Shown in pieces: positions 46,349 through 63,831 of a stretch of 64,000 nucleotides of DNA. The notes under the pieces were generated by a model. That model saw nothing but the letters and a program-made list of their open reading frames with translations. It was not told where the DNA came from and searched no databases. Position numbers and translations under genes: made by a program. Source of the stretch: the human T2T-CHM13v2.0 reference genome, Homo sapiens; NCBI RefSeq assembly GCF_009914755.1, contig NC_060930.1; one strand, 5' to 3'. Positions within the stretch are counted from its first letter, which is position 1. Each line of letters opens with the position of its first letter.

Positions 46349-48790
46349 CAGGGCAAGAATTCTGGCACCATGAAAAACCTGAATGTAATGACACCACCAA
46401 AGGATCACCCTAGCTCTCCAGCAATTGTCCCTAAACAAAATGAAAACTCAGAAATGACAGATAAGGAATTCAATGCATGGATTGCAAGAAAGCTCAATGA
46501 TATCCAAGATAAGATTGAAAATAAACTCAAAGAAACTCCTAAAGCAATTCAGAAAATGAAAGAAAAGATGAACATCTTAAAAACAAATCAATCAGAGCTT
46601 CTGGAATTGAAAAACTCACTTAAGGAATTTCAAAATGCAGTTGAAAGCTTTGTCAATAGACTAGACCAAGAAGAAGAAAGAATTTCGGAGCTCGAAGCTC
46701 GAAGACTAGTCTTTGAATCTAGCCTAGTCAGACAGAAATAAAGAAAAAAGAATTTTAAAAAATGAACAGTCTTCAAGAAATATGGGATTATGTAAAGCAA
46801 TCAAACCTATAAATATTGGCATTCCTGAGAAAAAGAGAACAATCTGGAAAACATTTTTTGAGGGACTAGTTTGAGAAAATTTCTCTAATCTTGCTAGAGA
46901 AGTAGATGTCCAGATACAAGAAATCTAGAGAACACCTGCAATATGCTACACAAAATGAACATCATCAAGGCATTAGTCACCAGACTGTCCAAGGTCAACA
47001 CTAAAGAAAATATCTTAAAGGCAGCTAGAGAAAAATGTCAGATAATACACAAAAGAAACCCCATCAAACTAACAGTGGACTTCTCAGCAGAAACCTTACA
47101 AGCAAGGAGAGACTGGGGGTCAATTTTCAGCATTCTTAGAGAAAAAAGATTCCAACCAAGAATTTCATATCCTTCCAAACTAAGCTTCATGAATGAAGGT
47201 GAAATAATTTTTTTCCAGGTAAGCAAGTGCTGAAGAAATTTGTTACTACTAGGTCAACCTTACAAGAGATCCTTAAGGTAGTTCTAAACGTGGAAACAAA
47301 AGAACGATACCTGCCACCACAAAAACACACTTAAGTATAGCCCCCAGACCCTATAAAGCAAACACATGACAGAGTCTACAAAGAAACCAGCTAACAATTC
47401 CACAGTAGGTTCAAAACCACACTTATCAATATTAACCTGGAATGTAAATGGTCTAAACACCCCACTTAAAAGGCACAGAGTGGCAAGTTCTGTAAAAAAA
47501 ATAAGACCCGTCAGTCTATCTTAAGAGAACCATGTCACATGTAAGGACACCAACAGTCTCAAAGTAAAGGATTGGAGAAAGATCTATCACACAAATGGAA
47601 CACAAAAAATGAGTAGGAGTCTCTATTCTTATATCAGATAAAACAGACTTTAAACCAAACCAACAAAAGTTAAAAAAGGACAAAGAAGGGCATTACATAA
47701 TGATAAAGGATTCAATTCAAAAGAAGACTTAACTATCCTAAGCATACATGCACCCAGCATTGGAGCACCCAGATTCATAAAGCAAGTACTTCTAGAAATG
47801 TGAAAAGATTTAGACAGCCACACAATAATAATGCGGGACTTCAACACCCCACTGACAGCCTTAGACAGGTCATTGAGGCAGAAAACTAATAAGGAAGTTC
47901 TGGACTTAAATTTGACACTTGACCAATTGGACCTAATAGACATATAATTAAAAGCTGAAACTATACCAGTCATACTCTTGGACCACAGTAGAATAAAAAT
48001 AGAAATCACTACCAAGAAGATCTCTCAAAACCACACTACCTGGAAATTAAAGAACTGGCTTCTGAATGACTTTGGATAAACAACAAAACTAAGGCAGAAA
48101 TCCAAAAATTACTTGAAATAAATGAAAACAGAGCACAACATATCATAATATCTAGAATACAACAAAAGCACAGTTAAAGAAAATTTATAGTCCTAACACT
48201 TAGAAAGATCTTAAATCAATGACCTAACAACACACCTAGAAAAACTAGAAAAACAAGAACAAACCCCAAAGCTAGAAGAAGAAAGGAAATAACTAAAGTT
48301 GAAACAGAACTGAATAAAATTGAGTTTCAAAAAACCATGCAAAGAATCAACAAAACCAAAAGTTGGTTCTTTGAGAGTACGAACAAGGTCTGTAGACCAG
48401 TAGTTAGATTAAAAAAGAAAAAGAGAATATCCAAACAAACACAATCAGAAATGACAAAGGTAACATTAAAACAAATCCCAAAGAAATACAAAAGATCTCA
48501 GAGACTCTTATGAACACCTCTATGGACACAAACTAGAAAATTTAGAGGAAATGAATAAATTCCTGGAAACACACAACCTCCCAAGATTGAATCAGGAAGA
48601 AATTGAAACCTTGAACAGACCAATATCAAGTTCCAAAATTAAGTAAGTAATAAAAGACCTACCAACAACAACAACAACAACGACAACAAAGCCCAGACCA
48701 CATGGATTCACAATGGAATAGTACCATACATACAAAGAGCTGGTACCAATTCTACTGAAACTATTCTAAAAAATCGAGGTGGAGGGGCCC
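45500..48790 (+). mobile_element. L1PB-like element: 5' UTR, ORF1, ORF2 5' part (3'-truncated)
   Basis: caagatgg start; ORF1 pieces 46370-46741 and 46943-47233 (KENILKAAREK...DFSAETLQARRDW); EN motif acctggaatgtaaatggtctaaac. (TG)n at 46171-46211. Confidence 0.9.
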
Positions 48791-48794
48791 CTCC

Positions 48795-49660
48795 GAAATC
48801 TCGTGTCCTTCTCACATTGCAAAATACAATCAACCCTTCTCAACAATCCCCCAAGTCTTAATTCATTTCAGCATTAACTCAACAGTCCACAGTTCAAAGT
48901 CTCATCTGAGACAAGGCAAGTCCCTTTGCCTATGAGACTGTAAAATCAAAAACAAGTTAGTTACTTCCAAGATACAATGGGAATACAGACATTGGATAAA
49001 CATACCCATTCCAAAAGGCAAAAATCAGCCAAAACAAAGGAGCTACAAGCTCCATGCAAGTCTGAAACTCAGCAGGGCAGTCATAAGATCTTAAAGCTCC
49101 AAAATTGTTTCCTTTGACTCCATGTCTTATATCCAGGCCACACTGATGCAGTGGGTGGGCTCCCAAGACCTTGGACAGCTCAGCCCATGTGGCTTTGCAA
49201 GGCTCAGCTCCCATGGCTGTTCTCAAGGGCTGGCGTTGAGTGCCTATGGCATTTCCAGACACATGATGCAAGTTGTCAGTGTATCTACCATTCTGGGGTC
49301 TGGAGGGCAGTGGCTTTCTTCTCATGGCTCTACTAGGCAGTGCCCCATTGGGGACTCCATGTGGGGGCTCCAACCCCACATTTCCCCTCCACACATCCCT
49401 AGTAGAGGTTCTCGATGAGGGCTTCACCCCTGCAGCAAACTTCTGCCTGGACTTCCAGGCATTTTCATACATCCTCTAAAATGTAGGTGAAGGCTCCCAA
49501 GCATCAATTCTTGCCCTCTGTGCACCTGCAGGCTTAACACCACATGGAAGCCACCAAGACTTACAGCTTGTGCCCTCTGGAGCAGCAACCTGGGACATAT
49601 CTGGGGCCCTTTAGCCACAGCTGGAGCTGGAGTTTCTGGGACACAGGAAGCAGTGTCTCC
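48795..49660 (-). mobile_element. MaLR internal (MSTA/THE1-int) fragment
   Basis: tcaaagtctcatctgagacaaggcaagtccc...ggggtctggagggcagtggc...ggctccaaccccacatttccc. Confidence 0.88.
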
Positions 49661-49714
49661 CAAAACAGTTCATTCCAGAACAGATTAGAGAAGAAAGCCT
49701 CTCTGCCATCTCAC

Positions 49715-49976
49715 CCCTATCTATTGTTCTCCTTGTCTACCTTAACAGTCAAGCCTCAATAAATTAGAACTGAAGCAGAAACCACTAGCCAAGATGAACT
49801 ATAAGTATGTTCCTTGCCCAAATGTGGCTCTGAAATGATAAAATAAAGTTGTATATGTCACCTAATTTTACATAGGTTAAACCAAAAGTGCTGGAGTTTC
49901 ACTTATTGCTAGAACCTTTGGCGTCTTCAGAAGTCCTGTTTATTTTATATACCTAATTACTCACTCTATTGTTTTC
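49715..49976 (-). pseudogene. Candidate 12-nt microexon (49965-49976) and 115-nt exon (49715-49829)
   Basis: gatttttag|GAAAACAATAGA|gtgagt; then tttattttatcatttcag|AGCCACATT...TAGGG|gtgaga (SHIWARNILIVHLG*WFLLQF*). Confidence 0.35.
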
Positions 49977-50494
49977 CTAAAAATCAAATGAAGACAAATT
50001 CTTCTCTTCGTTTCTCTTTATTTCCCGTCATTTCCCTTCCTATTTCCTTTTCTTCCTATTCATTTTCATTCCTATTCCCTTCCCTTGCCTTTCCTTCCCT
50101 TTCTTTTCTTTTTCTTGTTGGTATAGCATAAGGAAGAGGTGAATAGGATGCTGTGCAGACGTGAAAGAGCTGCCAGTGCACGAGAAAAGAATGCAAGGCA
50201 GGGAGGAGGAAGCCATTAGGAGACTAATCAGTGGTGTGCACACTGGCTCTGAAAGGTGAGGAGGCATTGCACAGAGATGGTGAGTGAACGAGACATGAGT
50301 TTGGGAAATAGATAGAATGAGAAAAATAAGTAAATTAATTGAGACAGTGAGTAATTAAGTTGAAAGTTACAAGAATCAGATTTCCCAGTTGGAGAAAGCA
50401 TTTACTTACATGGAGAGGGGGAAGATCAAAAAGAAATTGATGTGTTGAGTTAGAATTGGAGATATCATATGAGGGCATGATTTTAAGATTTTCC

Positions 50495-50613
50495 CTTTTT
50501 TTATTTTTTAACTTTTTGTAGAGACAGGGGCCTCACTTTGTGGAACTCTTGGCTTCAAATCACCCTCCTGCCTCAGCCTCCCAAACTGCAAGGATTATAA
50601 GCATGAGCCACTG
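50495..50613 (-). repeat. Alu left-arm/FLAM fragment
   Basis: tttttgtagagacagggg...gcctcagcctcccaaa...gcatgagccactg. Confidence 0.8.
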
Positions 50614-51492
50614 AGATTTCCTTCAATAGAGCTATCCTCAGATGGTTCCTTCCTCAGTGAGCCACAAGCCAGTTGGCACTTATGACCATGCCTATAGAGA
50701 TCCTAGTTGCAGTAGAAGAGGCACTAAAATATGCTTTTCTTCTTGTTTTCTCTTAAAGATCACCAAACAAAACTTTAAAAACTAAAAGAAAGAAAATACC
50801 TTAAATAAAAATTTAATTTAAAAAAAAACAATCAGGACTGACTAGGTGGCTGTCATGACCCATGGAGAGGAAGGAATAGCAGTGTGGTGTGGCAGCCCAC
50901 CTGAAAGCCACACAGGGCAGGGGAGCACCCATCCTCAGCCAAGGGAAGTGCTGAGTGAGCGTGCTACCTAGCCTGGGAAACCATGCTTTCTCCACAGAAC
51001 TGTACAACCCATGGATCAGAAGATCCCACTCGGGAACCCATGCCACTGGGGCCTTGAGCCCCAACCACGAAGCCACACAGATTCTCAACACCCACTCAGC
51101 TAGAATTGGCGTAAGCCTGCCAAGTTCCCAGGGGGATGGGCGGCCATCACCACTCCTGCGGCTGCCTGCAGTCTAAGCCATCTGAGCTCCTTCGGGGAGA
51201 GGTGGCAGCCAACACTGTGACTGCAGGGCCTCCCTGCAGGAACTCCAACTCCAGCCATGAGCTCAGGGATAGAACTCTGATCTCCCTGGGCCTGAGCCCC
51301 TAGGGAGAGAGGTGGCAGTAGTCTCTGTGGACCAGCAGACTTAGTCTTTCCTCCTGCTAGTTCTGAGGAATCCAGGCAGCCCAGATAAGTAGGTTTCCCC
51401 CCAGTTCAGCATACCTCCTCCACCAGGGGATAGCCAAAGTGCCTTGTTAAATGGGTCCTGCTTGCCGTGCCACCCAACTGGGTGAGACCCCC

Positions 51493-51846
51493 TGTATTAG
51501 TCTGTTTTTATGTTGCTGATAAAGACATACCCGAGACTAGGAAGAAAAAGAGGTTAAATTGGACTTACAGTTCCACATGGCTGGGGCAGCCTCAGAATCA
51601 TGGCAGAAGGCAAAAGGCACTTCTTACATGGTGGTGGCAAGAGGAATTTAGGAAGCAGCAAAAGCAGAAACCCCTGATAAACCCATCAGATCTCGTGAGA
51701 CTTATTCAGTATCACGAAAATAGCATGAGAAAGAACGGCCACCATGATTCAATTACTTCCTCCTGGGTCCCTCCCACAACATGTGGGGATTCTGGGAGAT
51801 ACAATTCAAGTTGAGATTTGCCTGGGGACACAGCCATACCATATCA
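51493..51846 (-). mobile_element. THE1C-like solo LTR inside the L1 5' UTR
   Basis: tgtattagtctgttt...gctgataaagacataccc...gcaaaagcagaaacccctgataaac...ggggacacagccataccatatca; TSD ccccc/cccct. Confidence 0.92.
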
Positions 51847-52564
51847 CCCCTCACCAATAGGGGTTGTCAGACATCCTATACAGGAGCGTTCCTATTGGCA
51901 TCAGGTTGGTGCCCCTAAAGGTCAGAGATCCCAGAGGAAGGAGCAGGCACCCATCTTTACTGTTCTCCAGCCTCCTTGAGTGACATCTCCAGGTGCAAGA
52001 GCGAACCACATGAATAGGGCCTGAAGTGAACCCCCAGTAAACCACAGCAGCCTTACAGAAGAGGGACCTGACTATTGAAAGAAAAACAAACAAAAAGAAA
52101 GCAACAACAACAGCATCAACAACAGCAAAAAAAGTTTCCACAAAAACCTCATCCAAGAGTCAGCAACCTCAAAGATCAAAAATAGACAAACTCATGAAGA
52201 TGAGAAAGAATCAACAAAAAAACACAGAAAACCCAAAAGGCCAGAGTGCCTCTTCTCCAAATGATTGCAACACCTCTCCAGCAACGGCGCAGAACTGGAT
52301 GGAGGATGAGATAGACGAATTGACAGAAGTAGGCTTCAGAAAGTGGGTAATAACAAACTTTGTTGAGGTAAGAGAATGTTCTAACCCAATGCAAAGAAGC
52401 TAAGAACGTTGATAAAAGGTTAGAGGAGCTGCTAACTAGAACAATCAGTTTAGAGAGGAACATAAATGACCTAATGAAGCTGAAAACTGCAGCATGAGAA
52501 CTTCGTGAAGCATACACAAGTACCAATAGCCGAATTAATCAAGTGGCAGTAAGAATATCAGAGA

Positions 52565-52857
<293 letters not shown>

Positions 52858-53327
52858 TTATCTTGCTGAAATAAGGAAGGCAGACAAGATTAGAGAAGAA
52901 AGGACGAAAAGGAATGAGCAAAACCTCTGAGAAACGTGGGACTATGTAAAAAGACCGAATCTACAACTGATTGGAGTACCTGAAAGAGATGGAGAGAATA
53001 GAACCAAGTTGGAAAACACACTTCAGGATGTTATCCAGAAGAACGTCCCCAACTTAGCAAGACAAGGCCAACATTCAAATTCAGGAAATACAGAGAACCC
53101 CACTAAGACACTCCACAAGAAGATCAACCCCAAGACATATAATCATCAGATTCTCCAAGGTTGAAATGAAGGAAAAAAAAGTTAAGCGTAGCCAGAGAGA
53201 AATGGGCCAGGTCACCTACAAAGGGAAGCTCATCAGACTAACAGTGGATCTCTCTGCAGAAACCCTACAAGCCAGAAGAGAGTGGAGGCCAATATTCAAC
53301 ATTCTTTAAAAAAAAAAAAAGAGATAA

Positions 53328-53671
<344 letters not shown>

Positions 53672-55371
53672 TCATAAATGAAAGAGAAATAAAGTCCTTT
53701 CCAGACAAGCAAATGCTGAGGGAATTAGTCACCACAAGGCTTGCCTTGCAAGAACTCCTGAAGGAAGCACTAAATATGGAAAGGAAAAATTGGTACCAGC
53801 CACTACAAAACACACGAAATATCAAGACCAATGACATTATGAAGAAATGGCATCAACTAGGGTGCAAAATAACTAGCTAGCATCATGATGACCGGATCAA
53901 ATTCACACGTAACAATATTAACCTTAGATGTATATGGGCTAAATGCCCCAATTAAAAGACATAGACTGGCAAATTGGATAGAGTTAAGACCTATCAGTGT
54001 GCTGTATTCAAGAGATCCAACTCACGTGCAAAGATACACATAGGCTCAAATCAAAGGGATGGAGGAAAATTTACCAAGCAAATGGAAAGCTGAAAAGAGC
54101 AGGGGTTGCAATCCTAGTCTCTGACAAAACAGACTTTAAACCAAAAAAGATTTTTAAAAAAAGACAAAGAAGGGCATTACATAATAGTAAAGGGACCAAT
54201 TCAACAAGAAGAGCTAGCTATCCTAAATATATAGGCACCCAATATAGGAACATCCAGATTCATAAAAAAAGAAAAAGAAAGTTCTTAGAGACCAACAAAG
54301 AGACTTAGACTCCCACACAATGATAGTGGGAGACTTTAACACTCCACTGTCAATATTAGACAGATCAATGAGATAGAAAATTAACAAGGATATTCAGGAC
54401 TTGAATTCAACTCTGGATCAAGCAGGCCTAATAGATATCTACAGAACTCTCCACCCCAAAACAACAGAATATACATTATTCTCAGTGCCACATTGCAATT
54501 ACTCTAAAATCGACCACATAATTGGAAGTAAAACACTCCTCAGCAAATGCAAAATAACTGAAATCATAACAATCTCTCAGACTGCAGTGCAATCAAATTA
54601 GAACTCGAGATTAAGAAACTCACTCAAAACCACACAACTGCATGGAAATTGAACAACCTGTTCCTGAATAACTCCTGGGTAAATAATGAAATTAAGGCAG
54701 GAATCAAGAAGTTCTTTGAGACCAATGAGAACAAAGAGACAACATACCAGAATCTCTGGGACACAGCTAAAGCAGTGTTAAGAGGGAAATTTATAGAACT
54801 AAATGTCCACATTGGAAAGCTAGAAAGATCTCAAGTTGACACCCTAACATCACAATTAAAAGAACTAGAGAAGAAAGAGCAAACAAATCCAAAAGCTAGC
54901 AGAAGACAAGAAATAACTAAGATCAGAACAGAAGTGAAAGAGATAGAGACATGAAAAACCCTTTAAAAAAATCAAAGAATCCAGGAGCTAGTTTTTTGAA
55001 AAAATTAATAAAATAGCTAGACCACTAGCTAGACTAGTAAAGAAGAAAAGAGAGACAAATCAAATAGACACAATAAAAAACGATAAAGGGGATATCACCA
55101 CTGACGTCACAGAAACACAAACTACCATCAGAGAATACTACAAATACCTCTATGCAAATAAGCTAGAAAATCTAGAAGAAATGGATAAATTCCAAGACTA
55201 AACCAGGAAGAAGTCAAATCACTGAATAGACCAATGACAAGTTCTGAAACTGATGCAATAGTAAATAGCATACCAACCAAAAAAGCCCAGGACCAGACTG
55301 ATTCAGAGTTGAATTCTACCAGAAGTACAAAGAGGAGTTGATACCATTCCTTCAGAAACTATTCCAAATAA

Positions 55372-55728
<357 letters not shown>

Positions 55729-55826
55729 TAATATCGAAACCTGGCAAAGACACAACAAAAAAAGAAAGCTTCAGGCCAATATCCCTGATGAACATCAATG
55801 CAAAAATCCTCAATAAAATACTGGCA

Positions 55827-56223
<397 letters not shown>

Positions 56224-56416
56224 TCAAGTTGGCTTCATCCCTGGGATGCAAGGCTGGATCAACAGCCACAAGTCAATAAAAGTAATTTATCACATAAACC
56301 GAACCAATGACGAAAACCACATGATTATCTTAATAGATGCAGAAAAGGCCTTCGATAAAATTCAACATCCCTTCATGCTAAAAACGCTCAATAAACTAGG
56401 TATTGATGGAACATAA

Positions 56417-56542
<126 letters not shown>

Positions 56543-57767
56543 TAGTATTGGAAGTTCTGGCCAGGGCAGTCTGCCAAGAAAAAAAAATAAAGCATATTTA
56601 AATAGGAAGAGAGGAAGTCAAATTGTCTCTGTTTGAAGATGACATGATCCTATATTTAGAAAACCCCATCCTCTCAGCCCCAAAACCCCTTAAGCTGATA
56701 ACCAACTTCAGCAAAGTCTCAGGATACAAAATTAACGTGCAAAAATCACAAGCATTTCTATATACCAACAATAGACAAGTAGAGAGCCAAATCATGAATG
56801 AACCCCTATTCACAGTTACAAAAGAGAATAAAATACCTAGGAATACAGCTAACAAGGGACATGAAGGACCTCTTCAAAGAGAACTGCAAACCACTGCTCA
56901 AGGAAATACGAGAGGACACAGATGGAAAAACATTCCTTCCTTATGGATAGGAAGAATAGATATTGTGAAAATGGCCATACTGCCCTAGGTAATTTATAGA
57001 TTCAATGCTATTCCCATCAAACTAACACTGACATTCCTCACAGATTTAGAATAAACTATTTTAAAATTCATATGGAATCAAAACAATCCTGAGCAAAAAT
57101 AACAAAGCTGGAGCCATCAAGCTACTTGACTTCAAACTATGCTACAAGGTTAGCTGGAGCCATCAAGCTACCTGACTTCAAACTATGCTACAAGGCTATA
57201 GTAGCCAAAACAGCATGGTACTGTTACCAAAACAGACATATAGACCAATGGAACAGAATAGAGACCTCATAAATAAGACCACACATCTACAACCATCTGA
57301 TCTTCAACAAAACTGACAAAAACAAGCAATAGGGAAAAGATTCCCTATTTAACAACAGGTGCTGGGAAAACTGGCTAGCCATATGCAGAAAACTGAAACT
57401 GGACCCCTTCCTTATACCTTATACAAAAATTAAGTCAAGATGGATTAAAGACTTAAATGTAAAACCCAAAACCGTAAAAACCCTAGAAGAAAACTTAGGC
57501 AATACCATTTAGAATATAGACATGGGCAAAGGTTTTATGATGAAATCTCCAAAAGCAGTTGCAACAAAAGCTAAAATTGACAAATGGGATCTGATTAAAC
57601 TAAAGAGTTTCTGAACAGCAAAAGAAACTATCATCAGAACAAACAGGCAACCTACAGAATGGGAGAAAATTTTTGCAATCTACCCATCTGACAAAGATGT
57701 AATATCCAGAATTTACAAGGAATTTAAACAAATTTACAAGAAAAAAAATGTCATAAGTGGAAAAGGA

Positions 57768-58073
57768 GGCAGGGTGCAGGGGCTCACGCCTGTAATCCCA
57801 ACACTTCGGGAGGCTGAGCAGTTGGGTGGGTCACATGAGGTCAGGAGTTCAAGATCAGCCTGGCCAACATGATAAAACCCCGTCTCTACTAAAAATACAA
57901 AAATTAGCCAGGTGTGGCGGCACACACCTGTAATCCCAGCTATTCAGGAGGCCGAGGCATGAAAACTGCTTGAACCCAGGAGGTAGAGAATGCAGTGAGC
58001 CAAGATCATGCCAATGCATTCCAGCCTGGGTGACAGAGTGAGACTCTGTCTCAAAAAAAAAAAAAAAAAAAAA
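57768..58073 (+). repeat. AluS in L1 ORF2
   Basis: Dimer with A tail. Confidence 0.95.
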
Positions 58074-59339
58074 GGTGGACAAAGGATATGAACAGACACC
58101 TCACAAGAAGACATTTATGTGGCCAAGAAACATACAGAAACAAGCTCAACATCACTGATCATTAGATAAATGCAAATTAAAACCACAATGCAAATTAAAA
58201 CTACTGTCATCTCTTGCCAGTCAGAATGGAGATTATTAGAAAGTCAAGAAACAACAGATGCTCGTGAGGCTGTGGAGAAATAGGAACGCTTTTACATTGT
58301 TGGTGGGAATGTAGTTTAGTTCAACCATTGTGGAAGACAGTGTGGCAATTCCTCAAGGATCTAGAACCAGAAATACCATTTGAGCCAGCAATCCCATTAC
58401 TGGTATATACACAAAGGAATATAAATCATTCTATTATAAAGATCCATGCACAGATATGTTATTGCAGCACTATTCACAATATCTAAGACATGGAACCAAT
58501 CCAAATGCCCATCAATGATAGACTGGATAAAGAAAATGTGGTACACATACACCATGGAATACTGTGCAGCCACAAAAAGGAATGAGATCATGTCCTTTGC
58601 AAGGACATAGATGAAGCTGGAAGCCATCATTCTTAGCAAACTAACACAGGAACAGAAAACCAAATACCCTGTGTTCTCACTTATAAGTGAGAGTTGATCA
58701 ATGAGAACACATGGACACAAGGAGGGGAACAACACACACCAGGGCCAATCGGTGGTGGTGGGGTGGGGCGAGGCGAGGGAGAGCATCAGGACAAATAGCT
58801 AATGCATGCAGGGCTTAAAACCTAGGTGACGGGTGATAGCTACAGCAAACCACCATAGTACACGTATACCTATGTAACAAACCTGCATGTTCTGCACATG
58901 TATCCCGGAACTGAAAGTAAAAAAACAAAAGTAAATAAAAAATACAAATACCCCAAATGTTAAAAGTTTATTTACATTGAAATTATCCAAAGAATATAAA
59001 AATAAATAGAAATAAAATGTGTTTCAGTGTTTATGTAATGCATGTATAACAATTCCATATATATGCAATATGTGATAAAATATACTTCAGTATATATGTC
59101 ATGTTGTGGCAAATGCAATAGAGAAAAAGAGCTTGCAAATTGAGTACAAGAAAAAACACCCAGCGGAAGTTAAAAACAACATTCTGGCTGGCAGTAAATT
59201 ACACAGCTGGTGCCATTTGGGGAGTAAAAAGGAGAAATATATTTAAAGCCTGGTGATTTTTTTTTAGAAGACTCAAAAAAACACCCTCCAGTTTCTTAAA
59301 AATAATTTTTTGTTAACTGGAAACCTCATTCTCTCTGTT

Positions 59340-60050
59340 TTCCTTATAGGCTTAATAACTCCAGTTGATATTTCAAAGGGATTTTTATTTCAGAACTTGA
59401 AAAAAATATGATACTAAAAATTATATAGTATGATTAGGTGAGAATAGAAAGCAATGGGCAGGAAAAAGCCCTATCAATAATTCAAATATATTATAAAATG
59501 ACAAGAATCTTTAAAGTACAGTAGTAACATTGGAATAAAAGACCATTAATGAAATAAAATATAAAGCATAGAAATATGCCGTTTTATGGTTTAATATTAG
59601 ATAAAGGAGGAATCACAAATCCATAAGAAAGAAGAAAATATTTTTTAAAATATTGGCAATTTATAAATTTTGAAAAAAAATAAATGTTCACTTCACCCTA
59701 TAGTTCCAAATAAAATCTAAATAGATTGAATATTAGAATCTTAAGAAATTAAAACCAAAGGAGAAAAGGTAAGAAAAGTGAACATTTGTCAAATATCCGA
59801 CGAAACATGCTAAACACATAGGTAACATAATATTGACAATATAATAATGTTACATGTATGTACCTTAAAAAAACTGAAATACAAAAGACAATAACAAACT
59901 GGAGAAAAACTTTAGCAGCAAAATAAACCAAAAAATGAGTTATTACTTTACAGAAAGTTTATACAAATCAATAAGAAAACTGCAAATGAGAAAATTATAT
60001 CAAGCAGCAACGCTCTAATGAAGAAATAAAAGTAGCCAACAAAAAGTTAG
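59340..60050 (+). repeat. Old L1M ORF2 3' fragments
   Basis: gaacttgaaaaa...actaaaaattata...caatggg...acaaactggagaaaa...tacaaatcaataagaaaa. Confidence 0.6.
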
Positions 60051-60055
60051 AAAAT

Positions 60056-60705
<650 letters not shown>

Positions 60706-61761
60706 TTAATTACTGCGAATTGACAACTGAAATAAACACCCAAGGGCAATGGCTCACTAACATCGTTGTCATATATGCAGTGCATCAGTTTAGAAAAAGT
60801 GAGAACTACAGAAGTGTCCAGAGAGCTTTTTAAAGACTGTGACAGCAACAATTTAAAATTATTCTTGCCGGTTGTGGTGATGTGAGCCTGTAGTCTCAGC
60901 TACTTGAGAGACTGAGACAGGAGGATCTCTTGAGCCCTGGAGTCCAGCCTGGGCAACACAGTGAGATCCTATCTCCAAAATTAAAAAAATTAAAAATTAA
61001 TATATAAACGTATCTTTATTAGGTAATATACATAAGGTACAAAAATTTAAAAGGAGAGAAAGATGTGCAGTGAAAAGTAAATTTCCCTTCCACCTTAGTT
61101 CCCCCTCTCAAAAGAAAAGAACTGCTACCAGTTTCTCAGAGCTAAAACCATATTATGTAACCTTTCTTCCCCAGAACTTTTTTGTATTTCTATTTCAGTT
61201 TTCTACAACCTTAATCCACACACATACTCTACATGTGTAGTCATAAAGAGGACTGTATCACACTACAAAGTTAACCCTCTGAAACAGGCTAATATAATGA
61301 CTAGGAAACTGATAAAGCCAGCCAACTGTCAAGATGATATTAATGGGCTTTGGATACTATTCTTCAATATGAAAGAGAACTCACTTTTATCAAGGTGTAT
61401 TTTAGGATTAGATTGGTTTATTTGAAACAATCACTATACCAAGGGGAGTGGGGTTAGCCTGAGTTAGACAATTCAGGCATGCCCCTTAGAGCTGGGGTCA
61501 GCCCTAAGCCATAATGACTATATATCAGAACAAGGTGGAAATTGACCTTGTTGGTCAGCCTCGTGTCCAATACACCAAAAATCTAACTGTGACATTGACA
61601 CAAACATGAAGAAGTCACAACTATTTGATTATTAATTTAGAAAAACAATCAAAGTACATGACCTGCCTTAGACTATGTAGAGAAAATAAGTATATTTACC
61701 TATACAGGGTTAGACAAAGTTCTTCTATGAACTTAATAGAAAATTATTTGTTATAAAATTT

Positions 61762-63289
<1,528 letters not shown>

Positions 63290-63388
63290 TATTCCATATT
63301 ACAAAATCTATTGTCTAAAACTATTAAAGACACCAAAGGCAGCCTAATTTATCCATGTGATTTAACAAAAACAGATCAGATGCTTAAA

Positions 63389-63674
63389 TTTTTTTTTTTT
63401 TTTTGAGATGGAGTTTCACTCTTGTCATCCAGGCTGGAGTGTAATGGTGTGATCTTGCTCACTGCAACCTCCACCTCCTGGGTTCAAGCTATTCTCCTGC
63501 CTCAGCCACCCAAGTAGCTGGGATTACAGGCGCCTGTCACCATGCCTGGCTAACTTTTAGAGACGGTGTTTCACCATGTTGGCCAGACTGGTCTCAAACT
63601 CCTGACTTCAGGTGATCCGCCCACCTTGCCTCTGAAAGTGCTGGGATTACAGACATGAGCCACCGTGCTCAGCT
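63389..63674 (-). repeat. AluS with deleted central linker
   Basis: Dimer; ggctaacttttagagac. Confidence 0.94.
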
Positions 63675-63831
63675 CTCTAAATTTTTTTTCAAATAGGCCA
63701 ATTTATTGATAACAGTAGATAAAAAGCAAATAGCACCACATTCCTATTCCCCTAGTCTTTCATGCCTCGCCTCAGAGTGTACTGTTCTCCCAGTCCAAAT
63801 AGTCTCTCCCCTTCAAGGCACATATGACTGG

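Noticed and set aside
48957-49472. 171-aa ORF
   Set aside because: It lies wholly within a MaLR internal fragment and is not a host gene.
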